A stretch of DNA of 53,642 nucleotides from a virus. Its lineage: Duplodnaviria; Caudoviricetes. The DNA is taken from the IMG/VR virus record IMGVR_UViG_3300020400_000008, positions 1 to 53,642 of that record. The stretch is one strand, 5' to 3'. A program made the position numbers and the translations under genes. The notes under the pieces were generated by a model. The model ran no database searches. It saw only the letters and a list, made by a program, of their open reading frames with translations, and was not told the origin of the DNA. Below are positions 41,901 through 51,284 of this stretch, in pieces. Each line of letters starts with the position of its first letter. Position 1 is the first letter of the stretch.

Positions 41901-44672
41901 GAGAGCATACCACAGGATAGGGTCCAGATCGTGCAGTCGAATCACAATCTGATAAAGGATCATGGTGACCTCATGGGTTTCGACTCAGGAGTGTATGACG
42001 ACCACCTCGACGACCACATCAAGCAGCAGTACGGGCATGGTGCTGGTAGTGCCGACTCACCGCTCGTGGCCGAGCAGCGAAACCTCAAGAGCATCAGGTC
42101 AAGACTAGAGAAAAGGATGCGCGAGGGTGATCAGAGCGTTGCTCAACAACTGCAGCAACTAGAGTCGAGACTGATGGAACTGGACCCACTCATCGAGCAG
42201 GAGAACAGGATACGCTCCTTCGACGCCCTCTACAGCAGGGCATTGAGGTACCTCGAGGACAACAACGTCGATAGGGCTACCTCCACCATATCGAGGCTCG
42301 CGGAGAGGATGGGCATAGAGGTGGACACCAACAACCCTGAACAGGCACTCGAGGGAATCAGCGAGATGATATCCGAACAGAGGGGTGGATTGGGGTACGG
42401 TAGGCAACTCCACGGTCACAGCGAGGCCATTCAAGGGATCTTCAACAAGGACAGGAAGGAGCAGCACTCCGCCTTCGGGATACGACGCATCCAAGCACCA
42501 CTCGACACCACCAAGACGGACGATGGGAGTGTGACCACCACTCCATTCACAAGGATGGGGGAGAGCGAGAGGTACAGGGGTGGAGTGTTGAGCGATACGA
42601 CCAGAGGTCAGGCACGTGAGGGAATGAGCGCCAGCCACAGGCACAACCAGACGCTCCACAACCTACGTGACTTGGTCGTCTACGACCCCGAGAGCGACAC
42701 AGGCGCCAATGAGGACAGCACGTTCTCCACCGAGCGCCTAGACTTCGGTGCACAACCAATCACCGACTTCAACTCGGATGGAGCCAATGCCATGCACTAC
42801 TTCACCAGTGCGAGCGCCAAGAGGCAGAACGGATGGAGAGTGAGGCCAACACACGGTTTCGAGTTCGACGAGGGGTCGCCCCAGATCGGCACCCAGACCT
42901 TCGAGCAAGCACTGGTGTCAGTTCCCAATGACATGATCAGCGCAGCCCTCGGCCCAGACGTCGCTCAGAGGTACCTCTTTAACGGCATGAACACTGATAC
43001 CTATGGTATGACCGAGTTCGATCCACCGGCCAACAGGGGAGATGCGATGGGAGTACCCCTGTCTCAGACACCCATGATCGGCAAGTCGATTCAAGACGCC
43101 GGACTCTATGCCACGTTCATGCTCAACCCGGACCTGATCGTCAAGGCAGACGCCTCACCCGAGTGGGTGCCGCCCATCAGACCCATGCACAGAATATTCA
43201 GGATGAGGGACTTGGAGGAGTTGAGGGGGTTCACCGGTAGTTGGGTCGTCTCCAAGTGGTACGACGGCGACAGGATAGTCCTGACCAAGAAGAACGGGAG
43301 GGTCAAGGCCTTCGACGAGGACGGGGGACAGAGAGCCATTCCAGACTGGGCCAAGAAGGGAGTCAAGAACCTAGGTGAGAAGGACTGTACACTTGATGCC
43401 ATCCTCGGCAAGGAGACGCTTCACATCATGGACATCATGCACTACGACGGCACCGACATCATGGACATGAACGTCAGGGAGCGCTTCAAGGTTCTCAGAG
43501 GACAGTACGACAGTCACGAGCAAGTCATCATCGTAGGTCCGCACGACACGAGGTTCACGGACGAGGAGGGACTGCAGGATGCCGTCAAGACACTACAGGC
43601 AGAGCACAGGACCATCCTGCTCAGGGATGGCAAGAGCACCTACATGCGCGGTGAGAGAAGACATCCCAAGTGGGTGGTGCTGAGACCGAACAGGGACATC
43701 AACCTCATCGTTCTCGATCGCAGGGGCAACGGCCCCTACACGTACAGGCTCGGTGCAGGACCACTGATAGACGGAGAGGGCCTCAATGACAGGGCCGTCG
43801 AGCATGACGGCAAGGTCTACCTCGACGCTGGTACGGTCTCGAGCCCGAAGCCGTTCGAGGAGGGTGATATCGTCAAGGTCAGGTTCTCCGGCATCAAGAG
43901 GGAGAGCAAGGGAGGACGTGACATATTCACGATCAACCCGTCAAAGTTGGTCGGCGAGGGACAAGGCGAGTCCAGTGTCTCAATGGAGACGCTCTCCATA
44001 CTCGCCAAGGCATACCCACCAGTGCATCTCCCACATGGCATCGACATCATGGACAACACCCTGCTTGTCACACTACCCAACGAGAGCATGGTCACATACA
44101 GTTTGGAGAAGAGCAGCCTAGGATATTGGGTGCACTCACCGACCACACCATTGTCCGATATGGGAATGGATACTTACAGCATAGAACTATCCGAGAGCCT
44201 CAAGCCATTCTGGGGCGAGGTCGCCAGCATGATGCTGAAGGGCAAGATAGAGAGGCAGAAGGAGGCAGAGAGCGAGGTTGCACCAAGCGAAGAGCAGCAG
44301 GAGCACCGCAGGAAGGTCATCGAGGGTGAGAGTGCTGGCATCCTGAAACCAGAGGACAAGAACATCCTACTCAAGCCGAAGATGAAGAAGGCACTGGAGG
44401 TGCTCGAGCGGGCACTCGACGTCCTCGAGAAGGAGCAGATGTTCAACACGACTGGTGCCAAGGGCTTGGGCATCGACTTGGGCAGTGGAATACAGAGCCC
44501 AAGGGGACCGACGAGACTCACGTCAGAGATGTCGTTGCCCGACTGGGACATGAAGGAGAGACCGGAGGAGGACCCCGAGGAGGAGTATCCCAAGGCAAAG
44601 GCCCTCAGACAGAGGAAGAAACGCTCGCAGTCAAGCGATTCCGAGGAAGAGATTAATACGAAGCAGGAATAA
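38937..44672 (+). CDS. 1911-aa protein with C-terminal degenerate ATP-dependent DNA ligase-like domain
   Basis: VSKWYDGDR, TLDAIL, IMDIMHYDG, RERFKVL and YMRGERRHPKWVVLRP followed by an OB-like region. Confidence 0.75.
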   Translation: MYEDAADIFIRARDALIESVDNDVDIDSSMREYIFAKSNLRAHGFDYDLTWREMMCDSLVKQEGRERFVPSSEYKRKLREERREQHKGHLPRTNHFAGRIKRNDPSVSHGMPVSAIADPTRHHSRADEHILSAIHDPLEKRSMTSGVPRKIDFLARRFLPDEEGNSRSKEVKRAERLIEDWMGGTNNPHVTENKEGTYSYPLLGPLGDSVDQSILSHEDDIYERDFRRWSRDNAAGQDSSEIRQQHFSDRAKGWMDTSGPEFDESGELSEDDKKILEYLSERPEAEAIRERMGTSSITKHPSYLNQLSFMLGLQWLSPEERSKVMSHLNEHGSDSKEQHVKFDDGTRLPMGRLKRNMRMASANALSHVRRGPKAGPHNVAPAWSQSYDVGAGVDDRALYSVLEHAYLVDGKVTFDRIEAEKAEMAEKDKRCMDKFGRRYYECTVEQQRRIDREVEGHGKLMNKAMANLHEAFGIKMDDDNYVERFMHLPDLSASQLAGIKGDMVDEMETLTASKKKGNVVKRDNLLHVLGFDSKGNEIPTGDHGYPNHSGPLIDNAHLQSLLNKEKEFKLLPSRRREIQDVLSLFGTNVPFKDIESLPTEIQEAISVLGDKHFAGDFASMYHEGGHAIDQHILTEKLHDHHSEGDDSIISTVDRNKEAIIPNPRNMGLFGHLMRPSAESDLGPHALQHHSNFLGTSLFNHALSSVTFPSVARLLHGMKQSEVGSRYGKQQTIDQLNNLLIDSATEGNRKNIPYGKGIMMLPKDITDYDRELDREVGDLFAGGGSVRREMNLDDYRLMSGEQRRNKIEHMRLASLLGGIHDRFPARNSRIDFNEDNIRQLEQAFSTTDATGDRRKAASRIDQMNLKHQYELKSIVDAARHLATLLPPEALDPDNPAFDANIRRLFHDANKSLHVLPPDYWEGVGVRPMTADYMISKQMQTAEPIYSQLRERLTQGGGIPVTSRSNPSELAEQLGFPLDDAHIQHVRSYIESIPQDRVQIVQSNHNLIKDHGDLMGFDSGVYDDHLDDHIKQQYGHGAGSADSPLVAEQRNLKSIRSRLEKRMREGDQSVAQQLQQLESRLMELDPLIEQENRIRSFDALYSRALRYLEDNNVDRATSTISRLAERMGIEVDTNNPEQALEGISEMISEQRGGLGYGRQLHGHSEAIQGIFNKDRKEQHSAFGIRRIQAPLDTTKTDDGSVTTTPFTRMGESERYRGGVLSDTTRGQAREGMSASHRHNQTLHNLRDLVVYDPESDTGANEDSTFSTERLDFGAQPITDFNSDGANAMHYFTSASAKRQNGWRVRPTHGFEFDEGSPQIGTQTFEQALVSVPNDMISAALGPDVAQRYLFNGMNTDTYGMTEFDPPANRGDAMGVPLSQTPMIGKSIQDAGLYATFMLNPDLIVKADASPEWVPPIRPMHRIFRMRDLEELRGFTGSWVVSKWYDGDRIVLTKKNGRVKAFDEDGGQRAIPDWAKKGVKNLGEKDCTLDAILGKETLHIMDIMHYDGTDIMDMNVRERFKVLRGQYDSHEQVIIVGPHDTRFTDEEGLQDAVKTLQAEHRTILLRDGKSTYMRGERRHPKWVVLRPNRDINLIVLDRRGNGPYTYRLGAGPLIDGEGLNDRAVEHDGKVYLDAGTVSSPKPFEEGDIVKVRFSGIKRESKGGRDIFTINPSKLVGEGQGESSVSMETLSILAKAYPPVHLPHGIDIMDNTLLVTLPNESMVTYSLEKSSLGYWVHSPTTPLSDMGMDTYSIELSESLKPFWGEVASMMLKGKIERQKEAESEVAPSEEQQEHRRKVIEGESAGILKPEDKNILLKPKMKKALEVLERALDVLEKEQMFNTTGAKGLGIDLGSGIQSPRGPTRLTSEMSLPDWDMKERPEEDPEEEYPKAKALRQRKKRSQSSDSEEEINTKQE

Positions 44673-44682
44673 TACGTTGCCG

Positions 44683-44697
44683 CTTCATATATGTAGT
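44683..44697 (+). promoter_or_regulatory. TATA-like box upstream of the capsid operon
   Basis: CTTCATATATGTAGT about 25-35 nt before GTG 44721. Confidence 0.45.
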
Positions 44698-44720
44698 ATG
44701 ACAGAACGAACTGTGATACT

Positions 44721-46115
44721 GTGTTGTCACAACCACTACGTGCAACAGGGGAGTCAAGTCTCCGATTGCTCAAGGGTGGTGACCTCGTCGTCGCTGGCTA
44801 TGCCAGTGTCGAAGTGGTGGACAAACAAGGCGACAAGATAACCAAGCAAGCACTCAAAGACGCATTCAAGAAATACATGGAGGACCCGAAATTCAGAAAC
44901 GTGCAACTAGCGCACTCAAACATACAAGTCGGGGAAGTAATACCATCATACACTGATAACGAAGGGAGGTTCTGGAAAAGCGAAGTTGACGATGTCGGCA
45001 TGTTTGTGGTTGTATCACTACGAGACGACATTGAGAAAGCAAAGGAAGTCGCTGCTGAAATCCGCAAAGGAGCACTCAGGGGATTCAGCATCGGTGGTCA
45101 GGCATTCAAGAGAGTGAGGAAGTCTGACCCCGAGCACGGAGACTACCAAGAGATCAGCAAGTTGGAACTGCATGAGATTACAATCTGCGAGCGAGGCATC
45201 AATCCAGAGGCGACGTTCAAGATTTTAAAAGAAGACAAAGAAAAACAAAAGGTGACAAAAATGACAGAAGAAAATGACGTAATGACGCAAATGACTGACG
45301 TCCTCTCGCGTCTGGAAGGTCGACTGGATGCCTTTGAGAAGGGGATGCCTCCTCAACTCAAAGAAGCCATGAAAGACGACAAGAAAGATATGAAGGACGA
45401 GAAAGACAAGATGATGGAACACGGCAAAGATGACGAGAAGAAATCTGAGGACGTAGAAAAGTCCGACGAGTACTCTGACGTCATCTCGTCCGAGTACTTG
45501 GACTGGATGGAGAGCACCCTGAAATCCGCTGGTGTGGATGTAGAGGGTGCTCGAACCCACTTCGATGACGTGGCAAAGGCGAACCTCGGTTCCCACCCCA
45601 GCGACATCGGAGACGGTGGCTCCTACTTCGGTGGGCAAGCACCCGGTAGGGAGACCGTAGACGGAAAGCCAGAAGTACCCAAAGCCAACTTCGGCACTGG
45701 TGGAAAAGGCAAGAAATCCACTTTAGAGAAGTCCGACTACCTTAACCCAGAGGACGTATCCGCGACTGACGTGGAAGCAGCCTACGAAGTCTACAAAGCA
45801 GCCATGCTAGAGGCAGAGATGAAGAAATCCCTAGAGGGACAGTTCGCATCCCGCTACGAGCAAGAGCGCTCCGAGGAGATCGCAAAAGCCGCTGCTCTCG
45901 AGTTCGATGCACGAGGACCTCTCGATGATATCCAGAAGTCGATCGCCTCCCTAGCGGAGAGAGTCGAGGCAATCAGCAACCCAGCAGAGACTGGCGAGAC
46001 CATCGCCAAGTCCGAGTCCGTGCCATCAGTAGATGTTCCCTCCACCGCTGACCTAGCGTCAATGTCGTGGGACGAGGTGCACAACCTCGCAAACAAGGCC
46101 TTCAGGAGGGCCTAA
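44721..46115 (+). CDS. HK97-type prohead protease fused to scaffold domain
   Basis: VAGYASVEVVDKQGD, AHS, GFSIGG and LHEITIC...NPEA; charged helical C-terminal half; directly before the MCP. Confidence 0.9.
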   Translation: MLSQPLRATGESSLRLLKGGDLVVAGYASVEVVDKQGDKITKQALKDAFKKYMEDPKFRNVQLAHSNIQVGEVIPSYTDNEGRFWKSEVDDVGMFVVVSLRDDIEKAKEVAAEIRKGALRGFSIGGQAFKRVRKSDPEHGDYQEISKLELHEITICERGINPEATFKILKEDKEKQKVTKMTEENDVMTQMTDVLSRLEGRLDAFEKGMPPQLKEAMKDDKKDMKDEKDKMMEHGKDDEKKSEDVEKSDEYSDVISSEYLDWMESTLKSAGVDVEGARTHFDDVAKANLGSHPSDIGDGGSYFGGQAPGRETVDGKPEVPKANFGTGGKGKKSTLEKSDYLNPEDVSATDVEAAYEVYKAAMLEAEMKKSLEGQFASRYEQERSEEIAKAAALEFDARGPLDDIQKSIASLAERVEAISNPAETGETIAKSESVPSVDVPSTADLASMSWDEVHNLANKAFRRA

Positions 46116-46138
46116 GTAAAACACAGAGGTGATTATGA

Positions 46139-47269
46139 ATGGCAAGAGACTACGTACGAACAATAACAGACATGGAGCGCTACTACTACGGCGCTGGAAA
46201 CGCAATGGGATACTCCTACTCCGGTAGCGAGTTGCTCAAGGCTGACAGCCCTATGCTGTCCACGACTGCTGGTACCTACCAAGCAATCTACGGGCGCAAG
46301 GTCTGGTCGCAGTTGAACCAAGAGTTCAACGCCTTCAGCATCCTACCCAAGAGACCTTGGGACAGGAGCGGCTGGAGAGTCATCACAGAGAAGCCTAACG
46401 GCGGTGCACTCCACGGCGGAGTTGCTGAGAACGCAACACTGCCTGAGACTGTGAGACCAACCTTCCAGCACATCGCTGCAAAGCCAAAGACGATCGCACA
46501 CACCTTCGACATGTCGGAGACTGCGATCTTCCTTGCTGACAAGGACGACGGTCTCGGAGACATCCGATCCGTACTGAAGGAAGAGATGGGCAAGCACCAC
46601 GCTGAGATGGTCAACAAGATGCTCCTCACGGACGTCACGACCGTCGCTGCCAACAACTTCGAGTCGTTGGACAGAATCACAACTGGCAACAACCAGATGG
46701 CATCAGGCACCCATTACGACGCTGGAGACGAGGACATCTACTCCATAGACAGAAGCGCCAACACATGGTCCTTCGCTGAGGACAACGCGAACGCAAGTTC
46801 GACGAACAGGGCCCTCAGCCTAGACCAACTGGACACGCTCTTCCAGAACATCTGGGAGCGCGGTGGAAACCCGAAGGTCATCCTGACTGGATATGACACC
46901 TTAATGAGACTACAGCAACTGCTACAGTCCCAGCAGAGGTTCATGGAAGAGAAGAGAGTGACCCCCACCTACAACGGTGTGAAGGGTGTTCCCGGTATCG
47001 AGGCTGGTTTCATCGTGGCAACTTACAACGGTGTCCCGATCATACCATCCAAGGACGTTGTGAAAGACGGTATCAGCAGGATGTACTTCCTCGACACTGA
47101 TTACGTGTACTTCAGCACAGCAATCCCAACTCAGTACTACGAGAGTGGTATCGAGACTGGCGACCCATTCGCCATCAACAGACTAGGTCAGGAAGGGCTA
47201 TACCGAACCATGGGTGAGATATGGACCACTTTCTTCGGAGCACATGGTAGCGTGAGGGACCTGTCCTGA
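46139..47269 (+). CDS. major capsid protein (HK97 fold)
   Basis: 376 aa after the protease; GGVAENATLP, KPKTIAHTF and YNGVPIIPS. Confidence 0.88.
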   Translation: MARDYVRTITDMERYYYGAGNAMGYSYSGSELLKADSPMLSTTAGTYQAIYGRKVWSQLNQEFNAFSILPKRPWDRSGWRVITEKPNGGALHGGVAENATLPETVRPTFQHIAAKPKTIAHTFDMSETAIFLADKDDGLGDIRSVLKEEMGKHHAEMVNKMLLTDVTTVAANNFESLDRITTGNNQMASGTHYDAGDEDIYSIDRSANTWSFAEDNANASSTNRALSLDQLDTLFQNIWERGGNPKVILTGYDTLMRLQQLLQSQQRFMEEKRVTPTYNGVKGVPGIEAGFIVATYNGVPIIPSKDVVKDGISRMYFLDTDYVYFSTAIPTQYYESGIETGDPFAINRLGQEGLYRTMGEIWTTFFGAHGSVRDLS

Positions 47270-47302
47270 ATTGGAGATAACAAATAGGTAAGGTGAAAAG
47301 AT

Positions 47303-47698
47303 ATGGCAGAAGAACTAACATTAAGCGGAACAGCAACAGCAACCCTAGTAGGGGCATGGGAACTCAGAGCGGGTTCCATGGACACTACCGAACACCTTGA
47401 TGGAGCAGCAGACGTATCGTACCCCGGTGGGGGTCCCGGTACGTTCAACGCATCTAACTCGGATGGAGCAAACGGGTACGACCCAGCACCAAAGTTGGCA
47501 CTAATCAACGTGACAGGCGGCGCAGATGGTGAGACAATCATCCTCGGTGGCGGAGCATCAGCGATCCTGAGCGTTATGTGCACCGATGCCGGTACATCAG
47601 CAGTAGCAGTTGGAGCATCCTTCACAGGACTAACAGCAACCTTGCAGTACCTAAGCGGCTCGGCAAACGTGACCACAGTGATGATACTGTACAACTGA
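47303..47698 (+). CDS. putative virion structural/decoration protein
   Basis: G/A/T-rich 131 aa after the MCP. Confidence 0.6.
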   Translation: MAEELTLSGTATATLVGAWELRAGSMDTTEHLDGAADVSYPGGGPGTFNASNSDGANGYDPAPKLALINVTGGADGETIILGGGASAILSVMCTDAGTSAVAVGASFTGLTATLQYLSGSANVTTVMILYN

Positions 47699-47707
47699 GG
47701 TGGGTAA

Positions 47708-48097
47708 GTGCCCTCTGTGCGATACAATGGACCCTCGTTCTACAGGCGAAGCCCCGACGCTTACACGCCTGATTGGACAAGGGGAGAGGTTAGGGAAGTC
47801 TCACAAGAATGGGTTGATCAGTGGCGAACAAGACTGGTGGCTCCCTACTTCACCCTTGAAGGTGACGAGGCCCCAACGGTCGATGAGGGGAACGACGGCA
47901 TACCTGACGATTCGTGGCGACGTGCTGACATCAGCGCGTGGCTCGGATCTCAGGGTGTCGAGTTCGCCGCATCGTCATACAGAACAAAAACGAAATTGCT
48001 TCAACTCGTGGACCAGCATCTGAACCCCCCGGCACCAGAGCCGGAAGTATTAGATGAGGAGCCTCCAGTTGAGGAACAACAGGAAACAGGAGAGTGA
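47708..48097 (+). CDS. protein with HeH/LEM-like C-terminal motif
   Basis: PDDSWRRADISAWLGSQGV...TKTKLLQLV. Confidence 0.6.
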   Translation: MPSVRYNGPSFYRRSPDAYTPDWTRGEVREVSQEWVDQWRTRLVAPYFTLEGDEAPTVDEGNDGIPDDSWRRADISAWLGSQGVEFAASSYRTKTKLLQLVDQHLNPPAPEPEVLDEEPPVEEQQETGE

Positions 48098-48104
48098 TTA
48101 ATAC

Positions 48105-48386
48105 ATGGCATTTGAAAGTACAATAGACACAAGACCAACAACAGTCGGCAACCTACTCATGGTGACCGGCACCTTCACCAACGGTGGAAGTGACGCAGGA
48201 GGAAACATAGACCTCTCAAGTCAACTTGCCACAATCGTTGCCGCTGGCGCTAACGCCGGTAGCAGCACCCCCGGAAGTGGTGCAGGAGTCGATGGAGTGT
48301 TCGCACTGATCAACGGAACTACCTTGGTCATACAGAACGTCAACGGTCAAGACGGCACATGGTTCGCTATGGGTCAACGAAGTTGA
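48105..48386 (+). CDS. putative virion structural protein
   Basis: G/T-rich 93 aa; GGAGAGTGA RBS. Confidence 0.6.
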   Translation: MAFESTIDTRPTTVGNLLMVTGTFTNGGSDAGGNIDLSSQLATIVAAGANAGSSTPGSGAGVDGVFALINGTTLVIQNVNGQDGTWFAMGQRS

Positions 48387-48403
48387 TTCGGTAGGTGAAC
48401 CCG

Positions 48404-48598
48404 ATGGTTAAGGCACTACAAGTACTAGGACCGTTCACGCCTAAGCAATTTAGCGGAGCAGGCAATGACGGTGCTCTAAGCACCAGCATGACCACTGCTA
48501 TAGAGGCCCTAACTGATTACGACGGTGCTAAGATAGTATCAGTAGAACCGATCATGGTCCTTGGTAATGTCTTCCTAATCGTCTATCAGAAACCATGA
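48404..48598 (+). CDS. small hypothetical protein
   Basis: AGGTGA RBS; MVKALQVLGPF. Confidence 0.55.
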   Translation: MVKALQVLGPFTPKQFSGAGNDGALSTSMTTAIEALTDYDGAKIVSVEPIMVLGNVFLIVYQKP

Positions 48599-48613
48599 GA
48601 GTGAGGGATATGC

Positions 48614-48913
48614 ATGGGGTTCGAGTTAAGAACGCTTGATATCGATGATCTCTCAGTGGCACAGAAGCAGAACGTGAGATACGCAACAAGCATCGGGGAG
48701 GGGAATGTTCTCTCAGAGGACAAACCCCTCGCCGGTGTCACATCCGAGCAGCGCAAACGGAACAAGAACGTAGGCGACGTGCTCAACATAGGCGCTGGTA
48801 CGCGCTGCAAGCACTGTGGATTCCTACACTTCATGTGGAGGGAAACATGCGGTGCATGCGAAAGACCAATGGAGTACAACCTAGCGACACGGAGTGAGGA
48901 GGCCAGACTGTAG
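48614..48913 (+). CDS. zinc-ribbon protein
   Basis: CKHC...CGAC. Confidence 0.65.
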   Translation: MGFELRTLDIDDLSVAQKQNVRYATSIGEGNVLSEDKPLAGVTSEQRKRNKNVGDVLNIGAGTRCKHCGFLHFMWRETCGACERPMEYNLATRSEEARL

Positions 48914-50479
48914 ATGCCACAAGTTTTCAGTCCCGGTGAGCCAGAGACTAGACCCCTTGACCCAGAGGCCCTCGTCTACACCACACCACAGAAGGTCGCC
49001 GACCTCCTCGAGATCGGCCCACAGGACGCTGTGGCAGTGAGCGCAGATTCAGAGAGCACTGGGGTCTTCGTGACTGGTGCGAACTATCGCAACATCGGGT
49101 TCGCTGTGGGAGACACGATACTCATCTACAGCGATGCCGATCCCCTTGGTCTGGAGCGCACCATCACGGCCATCACATCGACGATCAACGGTGTGAGACT
49201 TGGCTTCGCATCATCAATAACGGCAGCGGACTACCAGAGCGCAGACAACACCTTCGTACAGAACACGGCGTCGTTCACCAACGGTAGGACGAGGGGCGTC
49301 ACATTCGACAAGGTCAAGCAACTCATCCTCCGTGTGCAAGACAGGATAGACAACATAACGCACAACTCATGGAGACCGAACCTCGTCGCTGCGGAGTACA
49401 TCAACTTCGACACCTACAAGCCATACAGGCGACGATACTACACCGACTATGTCGGTACCACACCACTCCTCTTCCGCAATGTCCAACAGATGCTACGCAT
49501 CGAGTTGTGGCAGGGTGATGACTACAGGGAGATAGGTGCATCCGAGGCTCGCATCAAGATACCGGACGACCCACGATCACTGTCAGGCTCCATCGTCCTG
49601 TCTCCCGGCAATGGGAGCGCCGCTACGCTCACGACAGGGACGTCAAGCACACAATGGAGGGCAGACTTCGACAAGATAACCACAGCACAGAACCTCGCTG
49701 ACCTCATCAACAAGGAGGACAGGGTCAGCAAGGCAGCCGTTGAGTTCTCACCAACCTTCACCCTCGAGGGTAGTACTTCCAATGTAGGAGTACATAACGA
49801 GTTTCTAGCAACCGCAAACGCGGACTATGGTAGCGGCCAAGTCAAGATAACAAGCATGAGATCCACACAGGCTGGTGAGTCATGCAGCATCGTGGTCACG
49901 GACAGCAACATAGAGTTGAACCAAGTGACGACCAAGACAGCAGTCGTCAGCAATGCCACCACGACTGTCCTGACCGTTGACTCCACATCAGGCTTCGCGG
50001 CTGCTGGGGTGCTGTCAGTTGGGGACACCGCCATCAGGTACACGGGCAAGACGAGCACCACGTTCACTGGTTGCGCCTCCGTCGTAGGCTCATCAGTGGA
50101 TGACCTGAATGGACTCACTGTGACCCAGAACCTATTCGTGGTTGACCTACAGGGTGGGAGTTCCAGCGGTGACAGGGCAAGGCTCCGTGACTACTGGCTC
50201 GACCACGATCTGGGCATCATCTACTTCAACAACTCATACCCGTTCTTCGAGTACAACGCCGTCAAGGTGGCCTATGTCTACGGAGAGAGGTACTTGGAGA
50301 AGGCCATCGAGGACATCTGCACCAAGATGGTGGCCATCGAGTTGCTCCTCAGCGATGACAGGAGCGTCCTCATACCCGAGGGGTCACAGAACGTTGACCT
50401 CGCATCCAAGATCCAACTCTACCGTCAGGACATCGACAGGGCGCTACCACGGTACATCGAGGTGGTCTCTTTTGAGTAG
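48914..50479 (+). CDS. putative head-tail adaptor/neck protein with beta-rich insertions
   Basis: YTTPQKVADLL, QDRIDNIT and VKVAYVYG...AIEDICTKMVA are adaptor-like segments; position after head genes. Confidence 0.6.
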   Translation: MPQVFSPGEPETRPLDPEALVYTTPQKVADLLEIGPQDAVAVSADSESTGVFVTGANYRNIGFAVGDTILIYSDADPLGLERTITAITSTINGVRLGFASSITAADYQSADNTFVQNTASFTNGRTRGVTFDKVKQLILRVQDRIDNITHNSWRPNLVAAEYINFDTYKPYRRRYYTDYVGTTPLLFRNVQQMLRIELWQGDDYREIGASEARIKIPDDPRSLSGSIVLSPGNGSAATLTTGTSSTQWRADFDKITTAQNLADLINKEDRVSKAAVEFSPTFTLEGSTSNVGVHNEFLATANADYGSGQVKITSMRSTQAGESCSIVVTDSNIELNQVTTKTAVVSNATTTVLTVDSTSGFAAAGVLSVGDTAIRYTGKTSTTFTGCASVVGSSVDDLNGLTVTQNLFVVDLQGGSSSGDRARLRDYWLDHDLGIIYFNNSYPFFEYNAVKVAYVYGERYLEKAIEDICTKMVAIELLLSDDRSVLIPEGSQNVDLASKIQLYRQDIDRALPRYIEVVSFE

Positions 50480-50846
50480 ACCATCGTTCGAGACGAAACT
50501 GCTGCTCAAGCAAGTCACTGATCACTTCAAGGCCAACGACGAACTGCAGAACCAACTACGTGACGCATTCTCACAGAGCCCCCAATCCCAGAGGGAGAGG
50601 ATAGAGCAGGAGGAGAGGGACCTCTCTGACATAGCGGATGGGGAGGATTTGGACGAGGGTACGCTCTCTAGGGTGGAATCCCGAATGGTGAGTGAGAACA
50701 CACTCTATGACAACTACGACCTCGATCTCAAGGGAGGGGCGATAGTCCCTGACACCCAGTCGTACTTGAGAAAGGTGGAGAACAACAGTGCCATACGGGC
50801 ATTCGAGAGAACGGTGGTGAGGAAGCGTGGTCGCAACATTCAGTGA
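50472..50846 (+). CDS. hypothetical neck-region protein
   Basis: likely TTG start 50472 after GAGGTGG. Confidence 0.55.
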   Translation: MSRPSFETKLLLKQVTDHFKANDELQNQLRDAFSQSPQSQRERIEQEERDLSDIADGEDLDEGTLSRVESRMVSENTLYDNYDLDLKGGAIVPDTQSYLRKVENNSAIRAFERTVVRKRGRNIQ

Positions 50847-51276
50847 GGGAATAAATCTCGTCATCGACGTCCTCACCGAGAACTGGAACAGGGGCAACAC
50901 GGATGGCATCAAGCCCGTGATCATCGACGTCGCTGATGTCAGCCCGGAGACCGGTAAGCGCCTCGACATGCGAAACAGGGACTACGTCATCGTCTTCGAG
51001 ACAGCGCATAATGAAGAGACGCCCGAACTCCTCTACGACTTCGTCACCACTAGGATAAACATCACACTCGATGCGAGAACCATGAGAAGCCGCAAACAAC
51101 AGCAGTTGATGGAGAATGAGATCCGTAGAATCATTCATACCAAGAGGAAGGGGGACGGCACGAACATGGACAGGCTCGTGTACAAGACCCGTACGGATCT
51201 CTCCGATAGGACCAAATTACTCTTCAGAACTACGTTTCAAGTCGAAGTTGTTATCTTCGCAGAACTCATCCCATAG
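50827..51276 (+). CDS. putative tail completion/terminator protein
   Basis: 149 aa directly before the tail tube candidate. Confidence 0.55.
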   Translation: MVATFSEGINLVIDVLTENWNRGNTDGIKPVIIDVADVSPETGKRLDMRNRDYVIVFETAHNEETPELLYDFVTTRINITLDARTMRSRKQQQLMENEIRRIIHTKRKGDGTNMDRLVYKTRTDLSDRTKLLFRTTFQVEVVIFAELIP

Positions 51277-51284
51277 GTGTAGGC

